Assembly: GCA_030390025.1 (NCBI GenBank)
Contig: CM059432.1
Location: forward strand, 142,478,001 to 142,542,000
From: Squalus acanthias
Taxonomy: Eukaryota
DNA: 64,000 nt
Reading direction: 5' to 3'
In this document: piece by piece, positions 44,851-58,296 of the stretch
How the letters are laid out: the number at the start of each line of letters is the position of its first letter
How positions within the stretch are numbered: the first letter of the stretch is position 1
Program-made: the position numbers and the translations under genes
Notes under the pieces: generated by a model
What the model saw: only the letters and a program-made list of their open reading frames with translations
Told to the model about the DNA's origin: nothing
Databases searched by the model: none

Positions 44851-47549
44851 GTTTTTTTTGTTGGGATTTAGAAGTGCTCATCCAGGAAAGGTGATTGGTC
44901 AGCAGATATAAAGTTAGACTTCTATAAAGTGTTGAGAAGTTTTGCTTTGTCATCAGCGGAAACGGTTTCAGGACTTGTGGTTAAATATGTTGATTGGAGT
45001 TTCTGATGGAGCAGGGTGTGGGTGGGCTGCGGAAGGAGGAATTTGAGGGACAGTGTGCCCTTTTCTCATCCCGTGCTTTACGGTTTTTATGCATTGTTGT
45101 CGATTCCGCAAATCCTGCATTTGAGGTGAAACTTTACACACATCAGGCGTCTTGAGAGGGATTGGCTACAGTGCACGAAAAGCCAAGTTTTGTGTGAGCT
45201 GGACTGTGTGTTTTGAGTTGGTGGGGAGATTCCGCACCTTGCAGACAGTAAAACATTGATGAAAAATATTTCTCCTGTGGGTCAGCTGTGAAGCATCGAA
45301 TTCGCCTGCAGGGACCGAGCTGTTCTTTGGCTTATGTACAAGCTATGCTTGTGAGATTGAAGGGAGGAAAATAGACGGTAATCTTAGCCATTAAAGAGGC
45401 CAATTAATTTATTTTTTACATTTTATTGCAAACAAGCAATAAGCATCTTTTATAAACACTTATAGTTGCCAAGAGCTGCTTTGGACTAGGGATAACTCCC
45501 CTGCTCTTTCTCAAATAGTACGATTGATTCTTATACAGCCACCTGATGGGGCAGACTGGGCCTCAGCTTAGCGTCTCATCCGAAAGACGGCACCTCCGAC
45601 AGTGCAGCACTCCCTCAGTACTGGCCCTGGGAGTGTCAGCCTGGATTATGTGCTCAAGTCTCTGGAATTTTCAGACTCAGAGGCGAGAGTGCTGCCACTG
45701 AGCCATGGCTGACAGGCCCAAATACTTGAAAAGGATTAATTTGTAGGTCTGTGGTGAAAGAGTCGGGGGTGTAATTGGATAGCTCTTTCAAAGAGCTAGT
45801 ACAGGCACGATGGGTCGAATGGCCTCCTTTCTGTGCTGTATGATTCTACGATAAGTTAATATTTGGGCAAAAAGCCTTCTTCAGAACTGAAAATTGAAAT
45901 TGCAATGCACTAATAGAATCAAGCGAAATGTCACTGTTCAGGCTTCAATCAGTCATGAAACATGCAATGAGTGCAGTTTACCCAGTAGATCTGATGGGAG
46001 GCCGTGTCCCTGAGTGCCACAGTGAGTGCGTTTCCTGCAGGCAGCCCAGATTATCTGGTGCACACCGCCATCTGGTGCATGTGCGAGTGAAGCGCGTCAG
46101 AACTCTTCAAAGAGTGGAGTGAAATCCTGAGGAATGACTTTCAGGAGCGCAGGAAGCAGAGCGTTCTAGTTACCGGCTGTCCGGGTGAGTCGGGCCACCA
46201 GCAGCTTCTGCTGGGGTTGCCGACTGTTCAGCTTTGAGATTTCTTTTGACACTTCACGCTTGTCGAAAAGTTGTGACCTCAGGTAAAACAGGATGGGGTT
46301 TGAAGGAAGGTGTCATCGGAGACTTTAAAAAATGTATTCCTGGGATGTGGGCGTCGCTGGCAAGGCCGGCATTTATTGCCCATCACTAGTTGCCCTGAGG
46401 TGGTGGTGGTGGGGGGGGCCGCCTTCTTGAACCGCTGATAGCAGGTTTGATACAACTGAGGGGTTCACTGGGCCACTACAGAGGGGGCAGTTAAGAGTCA
46501 ACCACGTTGGTGTGGGACTGGAGTCACATATAGGCCCAGGCCGGGTAAGGACGGCAGGTTTCCTTCCCTAAAGGGCGTTAGTGAATCAGGTGGGTTTTTA
46601 CGACAATCCGACAGCTTCATGGTCACTTTTATTGATACCAGCTTTTTATTTCCAGATTTTTAAATTGAATTCAAATTGGGATTTGAACTTTGGTTCTCTG
46701 GATTATTAGTCCAGTAACATAACCGTGACACTACCACACCCTGGTATCCTGACTACAGGCAGGTCTGATTGGAATGAAAATTTTCTCTCATTACAGGACA
46801 ATTTTTTATGCACTGGTGTAAAGAGAGATTCCTTCTTCAAATCTTAGCTGTCGCACTCTTCAGTTTCTAAATCCTACTGGAACACTCGGGCAATAATCAT
46901 TAAGGGCACTTCAAGCATTTAACAATGTGGGAGTGGGACCCCCATTCAGTCGTAAACCTTTTTACCATTGTAGCCGGTGAATGGTACAGTGTTTGCAGGG
47001 AAGTGGGTTAATCCATTAATTCTCGGCATCCCAGATACTTAAAGATGAGAACCAGAGGTCTATCTCGGCTGATCTGGTAGGAAGTGGATAAGCAGCTTAG
47101 AGTGCAATTGTGATGTGAGATGCAGAGAGGTGAAAGGCCATAAATTGGCGGTGTCCCTTTTGATCTAAAGAGAACAATCAGACTACAAGACTGGGTAGAT
47201 TTACTCTGAAACTCGGCAGCTAATCACCTGGATTTATATCTCTATTTTGTTCCCTCATTCTCTTTCCCTGATGCTTTGAGAGTAGAGGTCATTGTTTCAG
47301 CGCTAAAAGCACAATTTCTCTCTGAGGTTAACATAGGTGACTTGATAAAAGGCAACGGCATTTTCACACAACGAAACGGGTCAAGGGGTCATTCACCTGA
47401 CAGCTAAGGAGGGATTGAATGAACATTGTCGACATAAGGTTTCAGTAAAGCAACCTGTAGTCACAGCTGCCTCTTCCAACCCTCCATCAACAAGCCTACA
47501 GTTAGGAACAGAGGAATCACCAGCCAACAAAAGACCCAGGTCCATCGAG

Positions 47550-48061
47550 CAGGTCAGGCAGCCTCTGTGGAGAGAGAAACAGAGTTAACGTTTCAGGTCG
47601 ATGACCTTTCGTCAGAACTGGAAAAGGTTAGAGATGTAACGGGTTTTAAGCAAGTGTAGGGGCAGGGAAAGGGGGGAGGGGAGGAAAGAACAAAAGGGAA
47701 GGTCTGTGATTGGGTGGAAGGCAGGAGAGATTAAATTACAAAAGGGATGATGGTGCGAGGGAAAAGGGGGAGGTGTTGGGACAAATAAAGAAACAAAAGG
47801 TGGAGCGGAGGTGTAAATGACAACAATAGAACCATTACCAGCACCTGCTGTCGGAGAAAATGGGAGCGGTGGATAAGGTCTGAAATTGTTGAACTCAATG
47901 TTGAGTGCAGAAGGTTGTAAAGTACCTAATCTGTACCTTGAGCTTCATTATGAACGTTAACTCTGTTTCTCTCTCTCCACAGATGCTGCCTGACCTTCTG
48001 AGTGTTTCCAGCATTTTCTGTTTTTATTTCAGATTTCCAGCATCTGCAGGATTTTGCTTTT
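47550..48061. mobile_element. Penelope-like element with partially inverted terminal repeat
   Basis: caggtcaggcagcctctgtggagagagaaacagagttaacgtt reappears inverted near 47952-47995. Similar to 54525-55145. Confidence 0.65.
47584..47618 (-). ncRNA. Minimal hammerhead ribozyme motif in a Penelope-like repeat
   Basis: Reverse complement GTT-CTGACGA-A-AGGTC-ATC-GACCT-GAAA-CG-TT-AAC. Confidence 0.7.
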
Positions 48062-50949
48062 ATACCACGGTCCATCTAGTTTGCCTTCTATCATCCTGGT
48101 AGTCGCTCGATACAATGCTAATGGAGTTGTTGACTAATCGCAGCGATCAATCTCTATCGATTAGTCTGCAACAGACCCAGACATGAGGCGAGGAAAACCC
48201 CCAGTGGTGGAGAGCTTTGGGAACCATCGGTCCAGAGTCACCTGTTCCTCCCGAGCTCGCTGCACTCACCACACCTCATGTCTCACATTTTGGGAAATGA
48301 TGTTCTTTTCCTGTATAAGTATCCCCCTCCATGATCATTTCTGTAGCTCTTTCTTGAGAATAATCCAGTATACCAGTCCCCAGATTGGGTTTAGTTATTT
48401 TCCTGCACAACTTTGCACTTCTGAGAATCCAAACTTAACTCAGTTCTGCAGCGAGAAAATCAAATGCACACGAAGCATAGGTTAGAGGACTCTCACTGAA
48501 TCAGACCCAAGCTTGGACCAAACTGCTACATTTGCAGTAGATTCTGGAGTTCTCTCTCTACCCTAGCCAATCCCTTTATCTTTGATTAGATCACCCCTCA
48601 ATCTTCTAAACTCAAGGGAATACAAGCCAGGTTTATGCAACCAGTCCTCGTAATTTAACCCTTTAATCTCTGGTAGAAACCCTGGTATAATTCTGGTGAA
48701 GCCGTGTTGCAAGGCCAATATACCCTTCCTGGGGTGCAGTGCCCAGAACAGGACACAGTATTCCAGGGCTGGTTAATGGCCTGATGGAATGTTCAACATA
48801 AAGAAAATAACTAGCATTTCGATAGCGTCTTTTGGGACCTCAGGACGACCCAAAGTGCTTTACAGCCAATGAAGTACTTTTTTTTAAAGTGTAGTCACTG
48901 TTGTAATGTAGGAAATGCAGCAGTCAATCTGCGCACAGCAAGCTCCCACAAACAGCAATGTGATAATGCTGTTTTTTAGTGATGTTGGTTGAGGGATAAA
49001 CATTGGCCCCCGAACACTCAGGGAGAACTCCCCTGCTCTTCTTTGAATAGCACCATTTACATCTACCTGAGAGAGCAGACAGGCCTCAGTTTAACGTTTC
49101 ATACGAAAGACGGCACCTGCGACAGTGTGGCACTCCTTCAGCGCTGTCACTGGAGTGTCAGCCTGGCTTATTGTGCTCAAATCTTTGGAGTGGGATTTGA
49201 ACCCACACAACCTCCTGATGCAGAGGTGAGAGTGCTACCAACTGAGCCACTGCTCACACCTAACAGTACCTACTGGTTCCTTGTTAGAGGAAGAAACACT
49301 GATGTCTCTTGACCTTGGGACAGTTTGCTACATCTATAGAAATGCAAGTTGTTGTTGTTGCTGTCGTCCGTAAGCAACGCAACATGCTGAATGGCTTCTA
49401 TCAAATGGTTCCCACTGTGGATTAACCTTACCTCACAATTAAATGCAGGCCAATAAATTGGGCAGCAAGAAATATTTACGAGTGCTGATCAGTGGGTACA
49501 ATGTCGTACCAAACACATTATTTAATTGGCAAAAATTCACTGTGTCCCTAAAAATGCAGAACCATGGATAATGGAAACCATATTTGTAACTATGCCTGTC
49601 CACACCTGATTCCCAAGCTTTCAATTCCTTGTGCAGGCTACAGAAATGTGAGTGTGACGCCAAGGAATCCCAGATCACGTTTCTACTCTGCTTGAGTGAG
49701 GTGCCTTTTATCCGGGGGAAGCTTCAGCTACTGTGTGTGTGTGTACAATGTTGCTTCAGTATAAAGCATACGCTGACGCACTGAGAATTCATGGAAGCTC
49801 TCAGACCTGGATGATCGATTGCATCTGCTAGATCCTTATCAAAACATTTAACTTCCTTTGCCGAGGCTGAGCTTTTCCTGTCAGCCGTGTATAAATCAGA
49901 ATCGCTGGACTCCTGTCTGAAATCACCGTGGCTTAATCCCTTCTGTTGAGATCGACTGTCGAAATAAATACATTTCTTAAGGTCACGTGGCTTCCGTAAC
50001 TAAAACTGATCTCAAATTAAACCTTTCCCCATCGAATCCCTTCAGTCATGGATGCTCTAACAGCATTACATACAACACCACAGATTCCTTATCCGTATCC
50101 CACGGACAATTCCACTGCAGTTTCCGACACTGGTGCACAAGCCGCGGTATAACTGTGCTCTTCCAAATGGCTCATTTGAGAGCAAATTGCCGAGAGAGAG
50201 AGAGAGAGTTCCTCAATTATCTCGTTTGACGGACAAGGTGTATTTTTGAACGACGTGGTCTTTCAGTTCTACATTATCATCTGGTACCTTGTCTCTCCAG
50301 ACAGAGTGACCACTGGCTGACTGGTATTACTCCCACCCCAGAGTTAGAAGGTTGGGTTTGGGCTCTGGGTCTGAATACTGGGGTGTCGTCCAGTGTGGTG
50401 GGTGGAGGGGACTCGCGTCTGATGGGTGTGGGTGGCCCCCGCATTGTAAAGAAAGAAGTTGAATTTATACAGCGCCTTTCACAACCTCAGGACATCCCAA
50501 AGCGCTTTACAACCAATTAAATACTTTTGAAGCGTAGTCACTGTTGTAATGTAGGAAACGCAGCAGCCAATTTTGTGCACAGCAAGGCCCCACAAACAGC
50601 AATGTGACAATGACCAGATAATCTGTTTTTTAGTGATGTAGGTTGAAGGAACCCATGACTTCTGGGTCAGAGGTGAGCATGCCACCCACTGAGCCACAGC
50701 TGGCAATGGGGAAAATGCATTTGATTGCTGGGTCATCATTGTGGACAACACGGAAGGGACAACTTCTAAAATCAATCTGAAGATACATCACCTTCCACCT
50801 CTGAAAAGCTAATCCCATGAGTCCATTCATCGTACACTTTTTGTCTTTTTATGGGTAGCATTGCATCTTCTGTTTCTTTATGGTCAAGTGGTCTCTTCAC
50901 TCCTCCATTATCCGATAGTCCTCTCACAGGTCCATCAGGGCTTTGCTGA

Positions 50950-51500
50950 GACCTCACCTGGAGTACTGTGTAGAGTTTTGGTCTCCTTATCCAAGCAAGG
51001 ATATACTGGCCGAAGAGGGGGTGCAATGAAGGTTCACTAGATTAATGAGAGGGTTGTCTATGAGGAGAGATTGAGTAGATTGGGCCTATACTCTCTGGAG
51101 TTTAGAAGAATGAGAGGTGATCTCATTGAAACATATAAGATTCTGAGAGGGCTTGACAGGGTAGATGCTGAGAGGTTGTTTCCCCTGGCTGGAGAGTCGA
51201 GAACCAGGGGGCATAGTCTCAGGATAAGGGGTTGGCCATTTAGGACTGAGATGAGGAGAAATTTCTTCACTCAGAGGGTGGTGAATCTTTGGAATTCTCT
51301 ACCCCAGAGGGTTGTGGAGGCTCAGTCGTTGAGTATATTCAAGACAGAGATCGATAGATTTTTGAATATTAAGGGAATCAAGGGGTATGGGGATAGTGCA
51401 GGAAAGTGGAGATGAGGTAGAAGATCAGCCATGATCTTATTGAATGGCGGAGCAGCCTCGAGGGGCCAAATGGCCGACTCCTGCTCCTATTTCTTATGTT
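50950..51500 (+). mobile_element. CR1 LINE 3' fragment
   Basis: LGLYSLEFRRMRGDLIETYKIL...WNSLP and a CR1 tail. Confidence 0.85.
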
Positions 51501-51687
51501 ATCATTCCTCCTGAGCAGTTTCACTTCAAGTTCTGACTGCAGACAGCTAAGAGTACTGAGCTGTGTTTAGCAGCTTTTCCAGAGTGTCTCCGATTGCGTG
51601 TAAGCACACTGCCACCTTCAGGTAAATTTGGAATTCTGTTTTAATGAAACAATTAATCTGAGAAATGCTCAGTAAGTAAAACATTTA

Positions 51688-52230
51688 CAGTAAACTCTTT
51701 GGTATCCGGCACCTACGGGACCGGGATGGTGCCGGTCGATTAAAAATTCCGGATAACGGAGAGGTATACCTACCAAGGTACAAGAGCCCCGGTGACACGG
51801 CCACAGATCCAGGAGTCCCTGTTACACAGCCACAGGTACAGGGGACCCGGTGACACGGCCACAGATCCAGGAGTCCCTGTTACACAGCCACAGGTACAGG
51901 GGGACCCGGTGACACGGCCACAGATCCAGGAGTCCCTGTTACACGGCCACAGGTACAGGGGGCCCGGTTACACGGCCACAGATCCAGGAGTCCCTGTTAC
52001 ACAGCCACAGGTACAGGGGACCCGGTGACACGGCCACAGGTACAGGGGACCCGGTGACACAACCAGAGGTGCAGGAGCCATGGTTACACGGCAAAAGGTA
52101 CGAGAACCCCGGTTACACAGCCACAAATATACAGTAAAACTTACCTTTGGGTTCCTGAACCTACTCCTGAATTTTGCCGGTTATTAGAGAATTCCGGATA
52201 ATTAGGTGCCGTTTAAATGAGAGTTTACTG
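51688..52230. mobile_element. Tc1/mariner (pogo/Tigger-type) MITE with an internal minisatellite
   Basis: TA|CAGTAAACTCT...AGAGTTTACTG|TA: 11-bp perfect TIR and TA TSD. A 58-bp (2x29) tandem array lies at about 51777-52125. Confidence 0.8.
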
Positions 52231-53009
52231 TAATATGAACTTAGACACTTTTATCCAGTAGAAGAATCACAAACAACACGGACTTTGTGTAGAGTGATGC
52301 GCTCGATAACCTCAGATTAATCGACAGAGCTGGAATTGTTATGATCTGGAATGAAACGTTAAGCCAAGGGGCAATCTACTGTCCCCTCAGTGAATGCTGT
52401 TGTGATCTGGAATGCGCTGCCCCAAAGGGCGGTGGAAGCAGATTCAATAGTAACCTTCAAAAGGGAATTGGGTAAATACTTAAAAAGGTAAAAAATTTGC
52501 AGGGCGATGGGGAAAGAGCAGGGGGGAGTGGGACTAATTGGATCGCTCTCTCTAAGAGCCGGCACAGGCACGATGGGCCGAAGGACCTCCTTCTGTGCTG
52601 TAAATTCTATAATTTACTCAGTAGGCAGTTCACTCAGGCAGCACGAATATCGATCATTTTAATCACCCGGGCGTACAAGCCAGCGCTAATCATTGGCTGT
52701 ACACCTCTCTGGGGGAGGGGCTACATATTGGGCATCTCTGATGCTTCTTAAAGGGGAGGTGCACTCTGGCTACAAAAAACAGGGCAAGTGCACAGATTCA
52801 AGCAGATGGGGTCTTGGAGGTGTAGCAGCCTGTGCGATGCTGCTGTTGCTGATCAGCACTGCAGACTCCGAAGCCAGGCCTTGAGGCTCACAGTGTTGCT
52901 GCTGATGATGCCCAGGGTCCTCACGCTCCATCAGCAGGAGCCTCTTCACACCTGTAGCCGATTCCAGGCTTCGCTGACCAGGCTCTCCGGAGAGAGAGCT
53001 TCATTCTCC

Positions 53010-53490
53010 ACTTCCCCCCTCCCCCGCTTCTCCTCCCCCCTCCCCGTCACCCCCTCCTCCTCCTCATCCCTCGCCCTCTCCATCTCCCCCCTTCCCCCTC
53101 CCCCTCACCCGCACCCCCCCTCGCCCTGTCCATCTCCCCCCTTCTCCCTCACCCTCCTCCTCACCCTCCTCCTCATCCCCCTCCCCCTCTCCATCTCCCC
53201 CCTTCTCCCTCCCCCCCTCACCCTCTCCATCTCCCCCTTCTCCCTCACCCCTCCTCGCCCTCTCCATCTCCCCCCTTCCCCCCACCCTCCTCCTCACCCC
53301 CCCTCACCCTCTCCATCTCCCCCCTTCCCCCCACCCTCCTCCTCACCCCTACCCCTCACCCCCCTCGCCCTCTCCATCTTTCCCCCTCACCCTCCTCCTC
53401 ACCCCTACCCCTCCCTCTCACCCGCTTCACCTCGCACTGTCCCCCTCATCCCCTCCTTCTTGCCCCCTCCCCCTCACACCCTCCCTCTTT
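53010..53490. repeat. C-rich polypyrimidine low-complexity tract
   Basis: Repeated cctccatctccccc/cctcaccc motifs, giving a spurious Pro-rich ORF. Confidence 0.9.
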
Positions 53491-53499
53491 GCCAGATAT

Positions 53500-53960
53500 C
53501 AGTCTTGGCTCAGTGGGCCGCTCTCTCCCCTCTGAGTCAGAAGATTGTGGGTTCAAGTCCCACTCCAGAGACTTCAGTACAAAAATCTAGGCTGATACTC
53601 CAGTGTGGTATTGTGGGAGTGCTGCACTGTCGGAGGTGCCGTCTTTTGGATGAGACATTGAACCGAGGCCCCGTCTACGCTCTCAGGTGGACGTAAAAGA
53701 TCCCATGGCACTATTTCTAAGAAGAGCAAGTTATCTCTGGTGTCCTGGGCCAATATTTATCTCCCAACCAACATCACAAAAACAGATTATCTGGTCATTA
53801 TCACATTGCTGTTTGTGGGAGCTTGCTGTGCGCAAATTGGCTGCCGCGTTTCCCACATTACAACAGTGACTACACTCCAAAAGTACTTCATTGCCTGTAA
53901 AGCGCTTTGAGATGTCCTGAGGTCATGAAAAGCACTGTATAAATGCAAGTCTTTCTTTTT
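53500..53960 (+). mobile_element. DeuSINE-like SINE copy
   Basis: Collinear with 55226-55688. Confidence 0.75.
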
Positions 53961-54524
53961 TAAATGGATTACGTTTAAAAATCTGCAGGCCAGAGAGCTA
54001 TTGGCTGCTTACCTTGCGCTGCCCAATCTCGTACCTTCAGACCCCAATGGCTCTGTTCCAATTAAGTTTCAACCACTCTTAGACATTACGGGGATTCACG
54101 TCTATTTTTTACGTCCGGGCGAATTCTAATTAGATTGCGAGGATACTTGGTGCGCAGTTTGATATCGGCAAAACGGGCGTAGCTATGCAACTGGTCCACG
54201 CCGGTGTTTATGCTCCAATTACCTCTTTGTGGAGGAAACTCCAGCCGTCAATGCCCACCTTGCTGGTGTCGTGTGCAGCCCCAAAGCAGTTTCCCACCGC
54301 GCCAACAGAGGGCGCTCCTGCATTGCTTCCGACACATTCCCTCCTGTCCTGCTGAGCGCACTCACGTCCTGTGCAGCACCGGACTATATTTAGAGCAGTT
54401 ACGGTTATAAGACAATTCAGGCAATTGGACTTCTCATTCGAGGGAAATTTTTGCCTCCATCATTCTATTATGGAACCAGCAAGTCCCGTCATTGTGGAGT
54501 AAAACACCCTTTTATTATTAACAC

Positions 54525-55145
54525 AAAAGCAAAATACTGCGGATGCTGGAAATCTGAAATAAAAACAGAAAATGCTGGAAATACTCAGCCGGTCAGGCAG
54601 CATCCGTGGAGAGAGAAACAGAGTTAACGTTTCAGGTCGATGACCCTTCGTCAGAACTGGAAAAAAATTGGAGATGTAACAGATTTTTAAGCAAGTGCAG
54701 GGGCAGGGAGAGGGGGGAGGGGAGGAAAGAACAAAAGAGAATGTCTGTGATGGGGTGGAAGACAGGAGAGATTAAAAGACAAAAGGGATGATGGTGCAAG
54801 GCAAAAGGAGATGGTAATGGGACAAATTAAGAAACAAAAGCTGCCTCTAGATGAAGTGTAAATGGCAATGGCAGAATGATCGACAGCTGCCATGTGAGAG
54901 AGAGAGAAAATATATTGGGGCAGAGGTTCTGGTCTGAAATTGTTGAACTCTATGTTGAGTCCAGAAGGTTGTAAAGTGCCTAATCGAAAGATGAGGTGCT
55001 GTTCCTCGAGCTTACGCTGAGCTTCATTGGAACAATGTAAGAGGCCGAGGACGGAGAGATCAGAGTGGGAGTGGAGCGGAGAATTAAAGTGACAGGCGAC
55101 CGGAAGCTCGGGGTCACCCTTACGGACTGAACGGTGGTGTTCTGC
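54525..55145 (-). mobile_element. Penelope-like element fragment
   Basis: Begins gcaaaatactgcggatgctggaaatctgaaataaaaacag, contains the hammerhead motif and resembles 47550-48061. Confidence 0.65.
54623..54657 (-). ncRNA. Minimal hammerhead ribozyme motif in a Penelope-like repeat
   Basis: Reverse complement GTT-CTGACGA-A-GGGTC-ATC-GACCT-GAAA-CG-TT-AAC. Confidence 0.7.
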
Positions 55146-55225
55146 AGTTAATCTTGTGCATCAATGTTATTCATTTCCTACAACGCAAAATTAAGATAAA
55201 AAGATGTTGTGATAAATAGCTGTTA

Positions 55226-55688
55226 GCTGTGGCTCAGTGGGCAGCACTCTCGCCTCTGAGTCAGAAGGTTGTGGGTTCAAGTCCCACTCCAGAGACTTGA
55301 GCACAAAAATCTAGGCTGACACTCCCAGTGCAGTACTGAGGGAGCGCTGCACTGTCAGAGGTGCCGTCTTTCAGATGAGATGTTAAACCGAGGCCCCGTC
55401 TGCCCTCTCGGGTGGATGTAAAAGATCCCATGGCATTATTTCGAAGAAGAACAGGGGAGTTCTCCCTGGTGTCCTGGCCAATATTTATCCTTCAACCGAC
55501 ATCACTAAAAAAACAGATTATCTGATCATTATCTCCTGCTGTTTGTGGGATCTTGCTGTGTGCAAATTGGCTGCCACGTTTCCTACATTACAACAATGAC
55601 TACACTTGAAAAGTACTTCATTGGCTGTAAAGTGCTTTGGGACGTCCGGTGGTCGTGAAAGACGCTATAGAAATGCAAGTCTTTCTTT
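55226..55688 (+). mobile_element. Full-length tRNA-derived SINE (DeuSINE/SacSINE1-like)
   Basis: A box tggctcagtgg, B box ggttcaagtcc, a conserved central domain and an L2-like tail. Further copies lie at about 6985-7230, 9115-9557, 37495-37900, 38345-38630, 43410-43805, 45490-45715, 48810-49260, 53500-53960 and 61040-62222. Confidence 0.8.
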
Positions 55689-57029
55689 GTTTAAAGGTTT
55701 GGCAGAATATACTTAAGACTGTGATGTTTACAAAGTTTATTTTAGTTAACGTGTAGCGATAATGACACATAACAAATTTGCTCCAATTTTATTGGTTAGG
55801 AGAACTTCTTTGAGGCATTTTGCCCAGTTGCAATATGTGAACAACAGGCAGCTGTTTATGTTTGGGTTATCGGTGTTTTAATCAGAAAATGTAATCTGCA
55901 CTGTCAAGTCTGTTAAACATCAGCCTGCTGTGATCGCTTTACCCAATTCATGACACTTTTCACTAATCTGGCAATTTGCGTTTATGAGGCTGTAATTTAG
56001 GTGTAATTTCAGAAAATATTTCATGCAATCGTTGGATCTTTAGAATGACATCAATCCTCTGAAATGTAAACCAATCCTGCAAGGAATAGGGTTTACGGTA
56101 TTTTTGTGTTAACATTAGACTTTCATCAATTTAATTCCTTCTGAACTTGGAGCCAATCTTCAGTCTCTATAAAAGCAAAGAGGTTTTAACACAAGGTACC
56201 TTGATCGGGAACAATCAGAAAAGTGCACACATGTAGATCCCGATAAGTTTTAAATCTGAAAGCTGCAATTAATGCTTTCGCACAAATAGCTTCCAGCTAT
56301 GGGACCTTGAAGAAATCTGCCTTTTTGTTTATTAATTGACTTTTCAAAAGTTGTTCCCGCAACATTGTAATAATTTTTTTTTATATTTGTCTTTGCCAGT
56401 TGTTTAGTTTTTCTAATCCTGCTTTATAGACTAGTGCGACCTAGAGAACATAAATTACTAAAACACAGGAAGACTGCAAAAGGAATTCAGTTATCACTAC
56501 AGTTTCGAGTTAAGGCGTTAAGTAAAGGATTATATAGAGTTACACAGAACTCGGCAAAATGGGCACAGTTTTGGGTGCTGTTTCGGAACGGGTCTAAGCT
56601 GATGTTTATGCTCCACACGAGCCTCCTCCCACTCTAACTGCCTCTTCCTCCCATTCCCCTGTATCCCTCTTTTCCCTTCTCCCTCGTCTATGCATCAAAC
56701 CTCCCCTTCAACACGTCAGTGCTCTCTGCTTCAAGCACTCCACGTGGCAGCGAGTTCCACATCCTCACCACTCTCTGGGTAAAGAAATTCCTCCAAAATT
56801 CTTTATTTGCTCTGTTAAAGGTTGTCTTATATTGATGCCCCCTTGTTCTGAACTCACCCACAAGTGGAAACAGTTTCTCCACATCCACCCTCTTGAACCC
56901 TTCTATCAGGTCTCACCTCATCCAGAGAAAAGAGCCCCAGCCTGCTCAATCTTGCATCCTCTCCTGATAACCTGGGTAACACGCCAGTGCTCTCTGCTTC
57001 AAGCACTCCACGTGGCAGCGAGTTCCACA

Positions 57030-58240
57030 TCCTTATCTGAGGAAGGATGTTCTTGCCATGGAGGGTGTGCAGCGAAGATTCACCAGGCTAGTACCTGGGA
57101 TGGCAGGAATGACGTATGAGGAGAGATTGGGTCGATTGGGCTTATACTCGCTGGAGTTTAGAAGAATGAGAGGGGATCTCATTGAAACTTATAAAATTCT
57201 AACAGGACTAGACAGACTAGATGCAGGAAGGCTGTTCCCGATGGTCGGGGAGTCCAGAACCAGGGGTCACAGTCTAAGGATAAGGGGTAAGCCATTTAGG
57301 ACTGAGATGAGGAGGAATTTCTTCACCCAGAGAGTGGTGAACCTGTGGAATTCTCTACCACAGAAGGCAGTGGAGGCCAATTCATTAAATATATTCAAGA
57401 AGGAGATATATTTCTTAAAGCTAAAGGGATCAATGGATATGGGGAGAAGGCAGTTACAGGGTACTGAGTTTGGATGATCAGCCATGATCTCATCGAATGG
57501 TGGAGCAGGCTCGAGGGGCCTGAATGGCCTACTCCTGCTCCTATCTTCTATGTTTCTATGTAAGATGCTACACACTGAAGCACTGCACAGGTTTCATTCC
57601 ATAGACAAGGCGAAGCTCATAACACAGTGACTGATCGGCCAGTTATGCGACTTATGATGCTGGAAGTTACTGTTGGAGACCTTCGTGCTTGTGTCCTTAA
57701 TGCACTGACATCAAGTTCCTCTCTCCGCTATTTTAATCAAGGCATCAACCGATAAGAAAGTTAATGCAGAGGAGATTTACCAGAATGGTACCAGGGATGA
57801 GGGACTTCAGTTCTGTGGAGAGACTGGAGAAGCCTGGGGTTGGTCTCCATAGAGCAGAGAAGAGGAGATTTAATCGAGGTGTTCAAAATGATGAAGGGTT
57901 TTGATAGAGTAGATCGGGAGAAACTGTTTCCAGTTGCGCAAGGGTGGGTAACCAGAGGACACAGATTTAAGATAATTGGCAAAAGAACCAGAGGGGGAGA
58001 GGAGAATTTCTTTACGCGGCGAGTTGTTGTGATCTGGAATGCGCTGCCTGAAAGGGTGGTGGAAGCAGATTCAATAGTAACTTTCAAAGTGGAATTGGAT
58101 AAATACTTGAAGGGGAATAATTTGCAGGGCTGTGAGGAAAGAGCGGGGGGAGTGGGACTAATTGGAGAGCTCTTTCAAAGAGCCGGCACAGGCACGATGG
58201 GCCAAATGACCTCCTTCTGTGCAGTATCATTCTATGATAA
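57030..58240 (+). mobile_element. Two tandem CR1 3' fragments (about 57030-57560 and 57770-58240)
   Basis: RRMRGDLIETYKI / RRGDLIEVFKM...WNALP peptides with ttctatg tails. Confidence 0.8.
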
Positions 58241-58296
58241 CGCCTCCATTAAAATAGCAGAGGGAGGGATTAGATACAAGTGACTTACATGGTTGA

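Noticed and set aside
52788..53696. 302-aa proline-rich ORF
   Set aside because: Made of a C-rich low-complexity tract running into a SINE.
55226..55300. tRNA gene
   Set aside because: The tRNA-like A and B boxes are the head of a multi-copy SINE, not a complete cloverleaf gene.
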